In this document: positions 1 through 11,988 of the stretch, in pieces
Layout of the letters: each line of letters starts with the position of its first letter
Numbering within the stretch: the stretch's first letter is position 1
From: Antedon mediterranea
Taxonomy: Eukaryota; Animalia; Echinodermata
Reading direction: 5' to 3'
Assembly: GCF_964355755.1 (NCBI RefSeq)
Contig: NC_092675.1
Span: 31,607,112-31,671,111 of the forward strand
DNA: 64,000 nt
The notes under the pieces: generated by a model
What the model was told of the DNA's origin: nothing
Seen by the model: the letters and a program-made list of their open reading frames with translations, nothing else
Databases searched by the model: none
Translations under genes and position numbers: made by a program

Positions 1-21
1 TAAAATTTGATCATAATTTAA

Positions 22-372
22 AGATATATTGTCCCCCTGAAAAAATATTTTTTTTTAATTGTTTTGTTGAATATGTTATTTTAATGTCACATAATAGTTT
101 TTCACTTTCACAAAAAAATGGGTCTGAAAAAAAATTATTTACCTATTAAGAAAACTGTAATTTAAAGCAAATAAATGGTCAAATTGGCTGGAAGACAATG
201 AGTTTTGGGGTAATTTAACTGTTTAACTGTTTTGTCTTTCTATAGGTGAAATAATTTTTTTTTCTCGTTTTTTTTTCTTATGGAAACAACTTCATTAAAA
301 CTGCAAAATGGCCTATTCAAAGTCAGATTTAAAAAATCTTTATTCTTCATGATTTTGGGGGACAATACATCT
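22..372. mobile_element. MITE with TTAA target duplication (Kolobok-like), copy 1
   Basis: TIRs AGATATATTGTCCCCC / GGGGGACAATACATCT, with TTAA at 18-21 and 373-376. Confidence 0.75.
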
Positions 373-954
373 TTAAAGTTTTCCAAAACCCTTGCCATTT
401 ATGATGGCTTCCTCCATTAGAGTTGTGAATTCCAATGGATCGTCATATCCACGGGGGAGGTGTAAATTCAACCCACATGTACTGGCTGTCGGGTGACCTC
501 TCATCTTTCGCTCCTTACTAAAAAAATTTATATGTATCTGGTTGCTAAAACCAAGAGGGGGAATTGAGTCAGCACCAGTAACAAATGTTAGGAAGTCTCC
601 AAGGGATGTCTTGGTCTTTTTATCTAAAATGCATAAAAATAAAAATGTTAAACATTATGAAATAAAAAATGTATACTTTTTTCGTCTACCATTTACCCTT
701 TCACCGCTCTTATTAGCATACTTTCGTTTTGGTACAAGGAATTACAAATAGGGTATAGCGGTATAGTTCTTCAAGGTAAAGTTTGTTCGTGAATACACAC
801 AACCTTGTTTCTCTCTCGAAGGGCTATATTATATAACTGTAAGGAAATACGGTATTGTATCGTTTCGTTTCGTTTCGAGCCCTGGGGGTACCTAATTTTA
901 CTTTGGATATTCATTCTCAGCCCGAAGGATTGGGGGGGGGGGGGGTGGTATCTC

Positions 955-2180
955 AAGGTAGACAAGGAGGTCTGCCGTAGAGTAGATAAAACGGTGAGTA
1001 CCCTGTTGAATCATGGCGAGTGCAGTTATAAGCATGCACAACTTTATTGAGTGATTCCTTCCAGTTGTCCTTCTGGTTTTCGGACAAGGTTCGTAACATT
1101 CCAAGCAACGTTCGATTTAACCTTTCCACTTGGCCATTGCCTTGAGGGTGATAAGGTGGGGTACGTGAATGTTAGATCCCAGAGTAAGCTTCAAGATTGG
1201 TAAATAAGTGATTTTCAAATTCCCGACCCTGGTCATGGTGCAATGTCTTTGGAAATCAAAATCGCAGTATAAAGTCATTGAAGATTAAGTTGGCTGCAGT
1301 TTTACCGCTCTTATTCCTTGTCGGATATGCTTGCGCAAATCGAGTAAAGTGGTCCATAATTACTAAAATATACTCATATCCGCCTTTGCTCTTTTTCAAG
1401 TGTACATAATCGATAGAAACAAGTTCAAAGGGTTGAGTCGTAATGATATTGACTAAAGGAGCTCTGGTTATACGAACTGGTTTCTTCTGGATCAGACATC
1501 GGCAGATGTGATGTAATCCTCTATTTCTGCTTCCATATGTGGCCAATAAAACCCCTCTCGTGCCATATGTACAACTCGTTCTGGACCAAGTTGTCCCATG
1601 TTACTATGCAATTCTGTGTATACTAACTGTTTTGTATTTTTCTGGAAGGACGATCTGAGAACGTGTTGTGGTGCAGCGTCGGAGAATACCATCATGTCCA
1701 ACTTGCAGCTTGTTTCCACTCATGCATGATTGACGTTTTTGTTTTGGTCTCGTTCTTTCTTTCTTTTCGAGTTGGCCAGCGCCCCTTGGCCTTATACTTT
1801 AGGACTCTATTAATGGCTGGATCTTGTGTTAGAACTGTCTTTATATCTTCTGGGCAGAGGTTATTAATTAAGGGTCTTAAGGGTTTCTCAATATCTGGAT
1901 CTATGATCTGACCATGTAGTTAAGCCTTCTGCCTAAGTATTCACACCATGGACTGCCGCTTGCATGACCTCTTCAGATATTTCTTCCGAACACAACTTTT
2001 CCAATTGTTTTAGATCAAGCGGGATTCTTGACAAGGTGTCGGCATCCTGATGTATTCGACCTGGTCTATATTTTATCTGAATGATAATCCGCTAATTCTG
2101 CTACCCAGCGGTGTCCCGTAGCATTAAGTTTGGCCGTGGTCAATACATAGGTCAATGGATTATTGTCAGTATATATGTAA
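955..2180 (-). pseudogene. Gypsy/Ty3 LTR retrotransposon pol relic (RNase H end to integrase), copy 1
   Basis: Minus-strand peptides [48 protein letters not shown]...[20 protein letters not shown] and [16 protein letters not shown]...[21 protein letters not shown], split by several frameshifts. Confidence 0.9.
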
Positions 2181-3083
2181 CAGGTTCGTACTATATAGCG
2201 TCGTAGCTTTATCGCGTAGTACTTGGGGACTATAATGCATAGCACACAATGTAATTGCTGTACTGCTTACCTGGATAATTTTCATAAAACAAAATTGTAA
2301 TAAAGATTTGTCTATAAGACCTCCATCATATCTACCGTCATTCTTTTGTTGTTTAAAGGCGTCCATCCAAAACTGAGTAAAGTGTTTTCTGAGAATGCCC
2401 CACCAACTCTCAATTCGTTGATTATGCTGACTTGTTCCTTGTATAAAACTGCTGTTCTCATTACAAAGAAATTGTTGCATTGGACCAACAATAGAATTTT
2501 CAGTTCCGAAATCTGTTCTAATAGACTTTGGACAACCCATTTTTTGGCGAACAGAATTTACGTAATAGCCGGCTTTAACTTTTGGATTGCTGCTAGTAAA
2601 GTAAGCTTCTAGCCATATTATGTGTCTAGAGAATCCGTCTATACAGCCATTTATACAAATGCCGTATGGCTTAAGTTTGTCGTACGAGTCGATATGCCAG
2701 ATATAGTTTGGGCCAGGTACATGATAAATTCTTCTGTGTAGTCGTCGTCTTCTTCTTGCTTCGACACCCTCTGGGTCAAGAAGGTTTAAAATTATTCTGA
2801 CCGTCTCTTTATCTATGTTTAACCCATTTTGTGTGCAACGAATGTGCATCCACCTGTACCCATGTAGCATCCCTGACGTCTGTAATTGACTTTCAATGAA
2901 CGCAGCGACTTCCAGTTCGTCAGAATGCCGTTTTCTTCGACTAAGGCACATTTTTTTCAGCCTTCGCTTTAATATTCGTTTACTTATCAAAATGTCATGA
3001 TCTTCTGCTAACATTTCAATAATCTCTTGATAATTTAAGCTACGATTGAAATATAATCTAATCCAATGGTTTTCAGGACGCAT
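2166..3083 (-). CDS. 3'-truncated DDE (integrase-core) transposase, exon 1 only, 305 aa
   Basis: N-terminal helical region plus GPNYIWHIDSYDKLKPYG...IDGFSR...RTDFGTEN...NQRIESWW. The ORF reads through the GTAAGC donor into truncated intron and filler sequence. Confidence 0.8.
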   Translation of the reverse strand: MRPENHWIRLYFNRSLNYQEIIEMLAEDHDILISKRILKRRLKKMCLSRRKRHSDELEVAAFIESQLQTSGMLHGYRWMHIRCTQNGLNIDKETVRIILNLLDPEGVEARRRRRLHRRIYHVPGPNYIWHIDSYDKLKPYGICINGCIDGFSRHIIWLEAYFTSSNPKVKAGYYVNSVRQKMGCPKSIRTDFGTENSIVGPMQQFLCNENSSFIQGTSQHNQRIESWWGILRKHFTQFWMDAFKQQKNDGRYDGGLIDKSLLQFCFMKIIQVSSTAITLCAMHYSPQVLRDKATTLYSTNLLHIY

Positions 3084-3147
3084 GGTGACCAGATTGCATT
3101 AGCTAAAGTAATCCGGGATGGTTGGGATGTCATTAGAAAGGGCAGAG

Positions 3148-3602
3148 GTCGAATTATTAATTCGAAATTTCGAATTATTAATTCGAAATAACGAATTAAA
3201 AATTTGAATTAACGAATTACTAATTTGAAATTTCGAATTACTAATTTGAAATTTCGAATTATTAATTCGAAATAACGAATTACTAATTCGAAATTTCGAA
3301 TTATTAATTCGAAATAACGAATTACTAATTCGAAATTTCGAATTACTAATTCGAAATTTCGAATTATGAATTCGAAATAACGAATTACTAATTCGAAATT
3401 TCGAATTAATAATTCGAAATTTCGAATTAATAATTCGAAATTTCGAATTAATAATTTGAAATAACGAAATAAATAATTCGAAATTTCGAATTAATAATTC
3501 GAAATTTCGAATTATTAATTCGAAATTTCAAATTACTTAAATAAATTCGAAATAACGAATTAATAATTCGAAAAAACGAATTAATAATTCGTTATTTCGA
3601 AT
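3148..3602. repeat. Subterminal ~21-bp tandem repeat (AATTCGAAATTTCGAATTA[A/C]T type) of the transposon arm
   Basis: About 21 near-palindromic TTCGAA-rich units. An inverted, shorter array is at ~3760-4022 and a direct copy at ~8885-9338. Confidence 0.9.
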
Positions 3603-4094
3603 TTGTGAAAGCAATATTATTTTGTTGTTGGCCCTAATAGGCTTTCGTAGGAAACAGAAACATTTAAAAAAAAACAAAAATTTATACAAAACATTAAAAA
3701 ATTTGAAAAAATCTACGAAAGCCTATTAGGGCCAACAAAAAAAAATTTTGCTTTCACAAATTCGAAATAACGAATTACTAATTCGAAATTTCGAATTAGT
3801 AATTCGAAATTTCGAATTAGTAATTCGTTATTTCGAATTAATAATTCGAAATTTCGAATTAGTAATTCGTTATTTCGAATTAATAATTCGAAATTTCGAA
3901 TTAGTAATTCGTTATTTCGAATTAATAATTCGAAATTTCAAATTAGTAATTCGAAATTTCAAATTAGTAATTCGTTAATTCAAATTTTTAATTCGTTATT
4001 TCGAATTAATAATTCGAAATTTTTTAAGACCTCTGCCCTTTCTAATGACATCCCAACCATCCCGGATTACTTTAGCTAATGCAATCTGGTCACC

Positions 4095-5455
4095 ATGCGT
4101 CCTGAAAACCATTGGATTAGATTATATTTCAATCGTAGCTTAAATTATCAAGAGATTATTGAAATGTTAGCAGAAGATCATGATATTTTGATAAGTAAAC
4201 GAACATTAAAGCGAAGGCTGAAAAAAATGTGCCTTAGTCGAAGAAAACGGCATTCTGACGAACTGGAAGTCGCTGCGTTCATTGAAAGCCAATTACAGAC
4301 GTCAGGGATGCTACATGGGTACAGGTGGATGCACATTCGTTGCACACAAAATGGGTTAAACATAGATAAAGAGACGGTCAGAATAATTTTAAACCTTCTT
4401 GACCCAGAGGGTGTCGAAGCAAGAAGAAGACGACGACTACACAGAAGAATTTATCATGTACCTGGCCCAAACTATATCTGGCATATCGACTCGTACGACA
4501 AACTTAAGCCATACGGCATTTGTATAAATGGCTGTATAGACGGATTCTCTAGACACATAATATGGCTAGAAGCTTACTTTACTAGCAGCAATCCAAAAGT
4601 TATAGCCGGCTATTACGTAAATTCTGTTCGCCAAAAATGGGTTGCCCAAAGTCTATTAGAACAGATTTCGGAACTGAAAATTCTATTGTTGGTCCAATGC
4701 AACAATTTCTTTGTAATGAGAACAGCAGTTTTATACAAGGAACAAGTCAGCATAATCAACGAATTGAGAGTTGGTGGGGCATTCTCAGAAAACACTTTAC
4801 TCAGTTTTGGATGGACGCTTTTAAACAACAAAAGAATGACGGTAGATATGATGGAGGTCTTATAGACAAATCTTTATTACAATTTTGTTTTATGAAAATT
4901 ATCCAGGTAAGCAGTACAGCAATTACATTGTGTGCTATGCATTATAGTCCCCAAGTACGACAATTATAATAATAATTTGGGCTTTCGCAACAATTTGAAA
5001 AGCAAACAATATTAGCCTAGAATTAAATCACTCCTCTTTTATTTACGATATTGTTTTTTTTTCACGGTCTAAACTGTCATTAAACTATTTGTTTTTACTG
5101 TACTGTATTATATTTGCCTTTTTTAAAGGATGAACTGGACACGGTTGCAAATGAGTGGAATGCCCATCGCATCTCAAAATCGAGAAATAGCCATGGTCCG
5201 TTTGGACGCCCGACATTGATGTACAATGTACCATACTTATTCGGGGGACAAGAGTGTATTATTCCCGTTGATGTGGCTAAAGTTGAAGTTTGTGAAAGTG
5301 AATCCATCTTCAAAAGCCAGATTCCATGCGATAAGGACGTGTTCGACTTATGTTCCATATTCTTGGAAAAAAGGCAGCTGTCGATGCCGAAAACATGTGA
5401 TGAAGGTTTGCAGTTATACAGCAGTCTTAGAAATATGTTTCTTGACGTCATCTGA
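4095..5455 (+). pseudogene. Two-exon DDE transposase (~379 aa if repaired) with a 1-bp frameshift
   Basis: Exon 1 is 4095-4906 (donor GTAAGC at 4907). Exon 2 is 5129-5455 (acceptor AAAG; DELDTVANEWNAHRI...GRP). The A-run at ~4633-4637 has 5 A against 6 A in the inverted copies, which could be real or a homopolymer assembly error. Confidence 0.8.
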
Positions 5456-5777
5456 TCAAATGCCACAGCAAGCACGTGATATCACATTATCATGTTATAA
5501 ATCGTTTTTTTTATTAATTAATTGTCGCTGTGATATTATTTCCAATACAAAGTTAGAATTGCAACGAACACAATGTAATGAATACAATATAAACAATTAT
5601 ATTTATTTATATTATGTTCAGTTGGTGATGATCAGACAGAATTGTGTTATGTAGCTGTACAATACAGTAAAACAGATGTAATTTAACAACATTTTGTTTA
5701 TTGAAACTTTAATAACAGTATTTTATTTCTGAAACAATTACAAAAATGTTGGCTACTAAAATTTGATCATAATTTAA

Positions 5778-6124
5778 AGATATATTGTCCCCCTGAAAAA
5801 ATATTTTTTTTAATTGTTTTGTTGAATATGTTATTTTAATGTCACATAATAGTTTTTCACTTTCACAAAAAAATGGGTCTGAAAAAAAATTATTTACCTA
5901 AGAAAACTGTAATTTAAAGCAAATAAATGGTCAAATTGGCTGGAAGACAATGAGTTTTGGGGTAATTTAACTGTTTAACTGTTTTGTCTTTCTATAGGTG
6001 AAATAATTTTTTTTTCTCGTTTTTTTTTCTTATGGAAACAACTTCATTAAAACTGCAAAATGGCCTATTCAAAGTCAGATTTAAAAAATCTTTATTCTTC
6101 ATGATTTTGGGGGACAATACATCT
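5778..6124. mobile_element. MITE with TTAA TSD (Kolobok-like), copy 2
   Basis: Same TIRs and TTAA flanks as 22-372. Confidence 0.75.
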
Positions 6125-6689
6125 TTAAAGTTTTCCAAAACCCTTGCCATTTATGATGGCTTCCTCCATTAGAGTTGTGAATTCCAATGGATCGCCATAT
6201 CCACGGGGGAGGTGTAAATCCAACCCACATGTACTGGCTGTCGGGTGACCTCTCATCTTTCGCTCCTTACTAAAAAAATTTATATGTATCTGGTTGCTAA
6301 AACCAAGAGGGGGAATTGAGTCAGCACCAGTAACAAATGTTAGGAAGTCTCCAAGGGATGTCTTTTTATCTAAAATGCATAAAAATAAAAATGTTAAACA
6401 TTATGAAATAAAAAATGTATACTTTTTTCGTCTACCATTTACCCTTTCACCGCTCTTATTAGCATACTTTCGTTTTGGTACAAGGAATTACAAATAGGGT
6501 ATAGCGGTATAGTTCTTCAATGTAAAGTTTGTTCGTGAATACACACAACCTTGTTTCTCTCTCGAAGGGCTATATTATATAACTGTAAGGAAATACGGTA
6601 TTGTATCGTTTCGTTTCGAGCCCTGGGGGTACCTAATTTTACTTTGGATATTCATTCTCAGCCCGAAGGATTGGGGGGGGGGGGTATCT

Positions 6690-7915
6690 CAAGGTAGACA
6701 AGGAGGTCTGCCGTAGAGTAGATAAAACGGTGAGTACCCTGTTGAATCATGGCGAGTGCAGTTATAAGCATGCACAACTTTATTGAGTGATTCCTTCCGG
6801 TTGTCCTTCTGGTTTTCGGACAAGGTTCGTAACATTCGAAGCAACGTTCGATTTAACCTTTCCACTTGGCCATTGCCTTGAGGGTGATAAGGTGGGGTAC
6901 GTGAATGTTAGATCCCAGAGTAAGCTTCAAGATTGGTAAATAAGTGATTTTCAAATTCCCGACCCTGGTCATGGTGCAATGTCTTTGGAAATCAAAATCG
7001 CAGTATAAAGTCATTGAAGATTAAGTTGGCTGCAGTTTTACCGCTCTTATTCCTTGTCGGATATGCTTGCGCAAATCGAGTAAAGTGGTCCATAATTACT
7101 AAAATATACTCATATCCGCCTTTGCTCTTTTTCAAGTGTACATAATCGATAGAAACAAGTTCAAAGGGTTGAGTCGTAATGATATTGACTAAAGGAGCTC
7201 TGGTTATACGAACTGGTTTCTTCTGGATCAGACATCGGCAGATGTGATGTAATCCTCTATTTCTGCTTCCATATGTGGCCAATAAAACCCCTCTCGTGCC
7301 ATATGTACAACTCGTTCTGGACCAAGTTGTCCCATGTTACTATGCAATTCTGTGTATACTAACTGTTTGTATTTTTCTGGAAGGACGATCTGAGAACGTG
7401 TTGTGGTGCAGCGTCGGAGAATACCATCATGTCCAACTTGCAGCTTGTTTCCACTCATGCATGATTGACGTTTTTGTTTTGGTCTCGTTCTTTCTTTCTT
7501 TTCGAGTTGGCCAGCGCCCCTTGGCCTTATACTTTAGGACTCTATTAATGGCTGGATCTTGTGTTAGAACTGTCTTTATATCTTCTGGGCAGAGGTTATT
7601 AATTAAGGGTCTTAAGGGTTTCTCAATATCTGGATCTATGATCTGACCATGTAGTTAAGCCTTCTGCCTAAGCATTCACACCATGGACTGCCGCTTGCAT
7701 GACCTCTTCAGATATTTCTTCCGAACACAACTTTTCCAATTGTTTTAGATCAAGCGGGATTCCTGACAAGGTGTCGGCATCCTGATGTATTCGACCTGGT
7801 CTATATTTTATCTGAATGATAATCCGCTAATTCTGCTACCCAGCGGTGTCCCGTAGCATTAAGTTTGGCCGTGGTCAATACATAGGTCAATGGATTATTG
7901 TCAGTATATATGTAA
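6690..7915 (-). pseudogene. Gypsy pol relic, copy 2
   Basis: Near-identical to 955-2180, including integrase ORF 6992-7282. Confidence 0.9.
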
Positions 7916-8818
7916 CAGGTTCGTACTATATAGCGTCGTAGCTTTATCGCGTAGTACTTGGGGACTATAATGCATAGCACACAATGTAATTGCTGTACTG
8001 CTTACCTGGATAATTTTCATAAAACAAAATTGTAATAAAGATTTGTCTATAAGACCTCCATCATATCTACCGTCATTCTTTTGTTGTTTAAAGGCGTCCA
8101 TCCAAAACTGAGTAAAGTGTTTTCTGAGAATGCCCCACCAACTCTCAATTCGTTGATTATGCTGACTTGTTCCTTGTATAAAACTGCTGTTCTCATTACA
8201 AAGAAATTGTTGCATTGGACCAACAATAGAATTTTCAGTTCCGAAATCTGTTCTAATAGACTTTGGACAACCCATTTTTTGGCGAACAGAATTTACGTAA
8301 TAGCCGGCTTTAACTTTTGGATTGCTGCTAGTAAAGTAAGCTTCTAGCCATATTATGTGTCTAGAGAATCCGTCTATACAGCCATTTATACAAATGCCGT
8401 ATGGCTTAAGTTTGTCGTACGAGTCGATATGCCAGATATAGTTTGGGCCAGGTACATGATAAATTCTTCTGTGTAGTCGTCGTCTTCTTCTTGCTTCGAC
8501 ACCCTCTGGGTCAAGAAGGTTTAAAATTATTCTGACCGTCTCTTTATCTATGTTTAACCCATTTTGTGTGCAACGAATGTGCATCCACCTGTACCCATGT
8601 AGCATCCCTGACGTCTGTAATTGACTTTCAATGAACGCAGCGACTTCCAGTTCGTCAGAATGCCGTTTTCTTCGACTAAGGCACATTTTTTTCAGCCTTC
8701 GATTTAATGTTCGTTTACTTATCAAAATATCATGATCTTCTGCTAACATTTCAATAATCTCTTGATAATTTAAGCTACGATTGAAATATAATCTAATCCA
8801 ATGGTTTTCAGGACGCAT
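7901..8818 (-). CDS. 3'-truncated DDE transposase, exon 1 only, 305 aa (copy 2)
   Basis: Nearly identical to 2166-3083, with all three candidate catalytic residues present. Confidence 0.8.
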   Translation of the reverse strand: MRPENHWIRLYFNRSLNYQEIIEMLAEDHDILISKRTLNRRLKKMCLSRRKRHSDELEVAAFIESQLQTSGMLHGYRWMHIRCTQNGLNIDKETVRIILNLLDPEGVEARRRRRLHRRIYHVPGPNYIWHIDSYDKLKPYGICINGCIDGFSRHIIWLEAYFTSSNPKVKAGYYVNSVRQKMGCPKSIRTDFGTENSIVGPMQQFLCNENSSFIQGTSQHNQRIESWWGILRKHFTQFWMDAFKQQKNDGRYDGGLIDKSLLQFCFMKIIQVSSTAITLCAMHYSPQVLRDKATTLYSTNLLHIY

Positions 8819-10599
8819 GGTGACCAGATTGCATTAGCTAAAGTAATCCGGGATGGTTGGGATGTCATTAGAAAGGGCAGAGGTCGAATTATTAATTCGA
8901 AATTTCGAATTATTAATTCGAAATAACGAATTAAAAATTTGAATTAACGAATTACTAATTTGAAATTTCGAATTACTAATTTGAAATTTCGAATTATTAA
9001 TTCGAAATAACGAATTACTAATTCGAAATTTCGAATTAATAATTCGAAATAACGAATTACTAATTCGAAATTTCGAATTACTAATTCGAAATTTCGAATT
9101 ATGAATTCGAAATAACGAATTACTAATTCGAAATTTCGAATTAATAATTCGAAATTTCGAATTAATAATTCGAAATTTCGAATTAATAATTTGAAATAAC
9201 GAAATAAATAATTCGAAATTTCGAATTAATAATTCGAAATTTCGAATTATTAATTCGAAATTTCAAATTACTTAAATAAATTCGAAATAACGAATTAATA
9301 ATTCGAAAAAACGAATTAATAATTCGTTATTTCGAATTTGTGAAAGCAATATTATTTTTTTGTTGGCCCTAATAGGCTTTCGTATAAATCAGTTAAAAAA
9401 AAATAAAATTACTTATTATAGACACAATATATATATGTTACCAAATTAATACGCTCTGTTTGAGCGTACTCTCTGTGTAATATACTACCGTTGGATATAT
9501 TCCACAACAGCATAGCGTCGCGTTCCGCCTGGCTGCACACCGTAAACAGAGATGGCCGGTGTAAGATTTAAATGTGTCCGGTGTTTGAAAGTGTCCACTG
9601 GACAATTTTCAGCATTGAATAGTGTAATACCAGCTGTTGAAAATGGCTGCAACCACCCGGGCAGCTTTCATCGATAAAAAAGTAGGACCATCGACATCGA
9701 CATCATATTAACCCCGTAAAAACTAGGGCACTGGACGGTCACCAACTCCCGTTAGGGTAATTATAATTCCTTAGAATACCAACTTGAATCGCAAAATATC
9801 AAGTCGATTGAAATAAATATTACTATTATTATATCTGGAGACATATAGTCTAATCAAATTAAATTGTTTGTTTTTGATTGAGTATATACAACCTGTTGTC
9901 AATTTGAAGTAAATCTGACAACTTGAAAAAATATATAGCCTACCGGTACTGTATTATTATTTCTAGGGAATGAATATCACTAAATCATATAGGCATAGGG
10001 CCTACCTATTTTCGTTCTCTCGAAATATTATTTCATTGGAATTCGAATTACTAATTCGCGAGAGAACGAAATAATTTCCCTCGAAATTATTTCGTTCTCT
10101 CGATCATTCCTTGTCTCGAAGTAGTAATTCATTTTTTATATTGTTCAGTTCTTGAAATCTTATTTTGTTCTCCCTAAATATATTTGTTCCCTCAAAATAT
10201 TTTTCAGTTCTCAAAATATTATTTTGTAATATTCATAATACTGTTACTAATTTAATAATATTAACTGATAACAAAAGTGCTTTAAACAAGTAAGTTCGTC
10301 ATTGTTAAAGTGAGTTCTTTTTCATTATATTTTTTTTCACAGATGCCTGATTTTTGGTTTTATTTAATAAAACATTGAATTGATTAGTCACAATATTTTA
10401 TTTGTTTCTAGAGATTTTACATTATTTATTTATTTATCTAAAATACATTTGAAAAATATTGTTGATGCATATTACCAAAAAATATTTATTTTTTTATATT
10501 TTATATTGCAAAATAAACACCTTAATTGCGCATCAAAATTATTCGTTCACTCAAGGGTATTTCGGTTTTTTGTATTTTTCGAATAATCTCTAAAAAAAA

Positions 10600-10918
10600 A
10601 ACGTCCACCTCTCCTAAGGGACCACTTCTCATAATTCCGTAACGACCACCTTTCGCAAATTACCACCTCTATTGAGGTGGTCACTTACGGGAGGTGTAGT
10701 CGGTAAAAGAAGTGGTCGTCTACGAGCGGTGGTAGTTTATGAAAGCAGTCCGTTATGAGAGGTGGTTACCCCTTCAGGAGGTTGTCCATTGTGAGAAGCG
10801 GTCCTTTAACAGAGGTAGTCCCTTTTAAATATTAAAGGTGGTCGCTAACAAGGGTGGTTGCTTACGATCAGAGTGCTAAGTTTTGAAAGCTGATCACTTA
10901 CGAGAGGTGGATAGACTG
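10600..10918. mobile_element. Degenerate MITE with internal ~22-bp GAGGTGGTCGCT-like repeats
   Basis: TCCACCTCTC...GAGAGGTGGA inverted ends with repeated ACCACC / GGTGGT motifs. Confidence 0.4.
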
Positions 10919-10989
10919 ACGACAAGTAGAGAAATACATTTGCACATGATTTAGACATTTTTAATTCAACATTTATTAGTTTCTATCAA

Positions 10990-11455
10990 TGGTATAACAA
11001 TACAATAAAAAGAATGATAATTTATAATGAGAAAATACAAAAAATACCATTAATAGAGGATCTTGCAAGAAGAGAATACTTGTCACGCAAGACCCATAAA
11101 CAAAAGAAAAAAATACATTTGTATATAATTATTAAATAAAATAAAAAAAAGTCATGACAAAAACATTTTGAAGGTCTAGTTTGAGTACAATGATAACAAA
11201 TTACTTTTAAGTTTTTTACGAAAAGTTGGGAGAGAGGAAGAGTTAACAATACTAGTATCTAATTGATTCCAAATTAAAGGGCCAGAAACATAAATAAAGT
11301 GAGAAGAACTAGTTAATCTTACAAAAGGAATAGTTAACTGAAACTTATGAACAGTACTTCTTAAATTATGACCATGGTTGAAATCAGCAGTGTTAAATAA
11401 ATTCATCATGGGAGAAGGAAGATTGTTAGAAAAATATTGAAAGACAAAAGAGGCA
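10990..11455 (-). mobile_element. LINE (CR1/L2-group) 3' fragment
   Basis: ORF 11176-11409 (HNLR...SGPLIWNQLD...SSSLPTFRKKLK) resembles the typical ORF2 C-terminus. Confidence 0.65.
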
Positions 11456-11988
11456 CTTTAGGTTTGTAAAATATATAATATTTTATTAGCTGGCGATATT
11501 AACTACATTAGCTGTGAGGCAATTTTCGTTACTACATTACCTGTTGAGTTGTATATGAGTATAATGTTGATTTTTATTTGATAAATAAGCTGTTGGTGTT
11601 TCTACATCATTAGCTAGTTCTAGGTTTTATTATATGGGTGGATTTGACTTTTCTACACTAGCAGTTTTGAACAGGGCCTACTGTGTTTAAATGGAATGCT
11701 ACAAGTTGTATTATTTTTTTTTATTTATCGTTTTGTGTACTAAAGTGGCAGCATAATCAGTATTTATTTTTACCAGATGTCCAACAAGGGTAATGTCCCA
11801 ATTGGTAATTGCCACAATTGTCAGGTCAACCTCAAAACAGCGGCTCTCGGGACCGGGAGAGTTGTATGATTTGTTTTTATTATTATTTTTTTTTTAATGC
11901 GCCTTGAGCACTCTGTGGTATGTGTGCTATAAAAATCCTGTTATTATTATTTGTTATTATTATTTCACCTTTTAGTCGTGTCTGTCTT

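Larger units (their letters stand above)
1..3649. mobile_element. Right part of copy 1 of an IS3EU-like composite DNA transposon (left end lies upstream of the window)
   Basis: 1-3649 is near-identical to 5757-9384. It ends in ...GGCCCTAATAGGCTTTCGTA (3649), the reverse complement of the terminus at 3714. Confidence 0.75.
3714..9384 (+). mobile_element. IS3EU-like composite DNA transposon, copy 2, with very long terminal inverted arms (3714-4958 / 7954-9384)
   Basis: Termini TACGAAAGCCTATTAGGGCCAACA...TGTTGGCCCTAATAGGCTTTCGTA. Flanks AAAATC (3708-3713) and TAAATC (9385-9390) match 5/6 as a TSD. TAY..RTA ends and a 6-bp TSD fit IS3EU as recalled from the Repbase classification. Confidence 0.7.

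Noticed and set aside
542-1050. Short + strand ORFs in the composite-element cargo (also 6294-6497)
   Set aside because: Non-ATG starts, no motifs, and indel differences between the two copies.
3748-3978. Repetitive ORFs (IRNFELV; also 18119-18375, 19863-20103, 26034-28916, 42650-42945, poly-N 55858-56157)
   Set aside because: Translations of tandem repeats or microsatellites.
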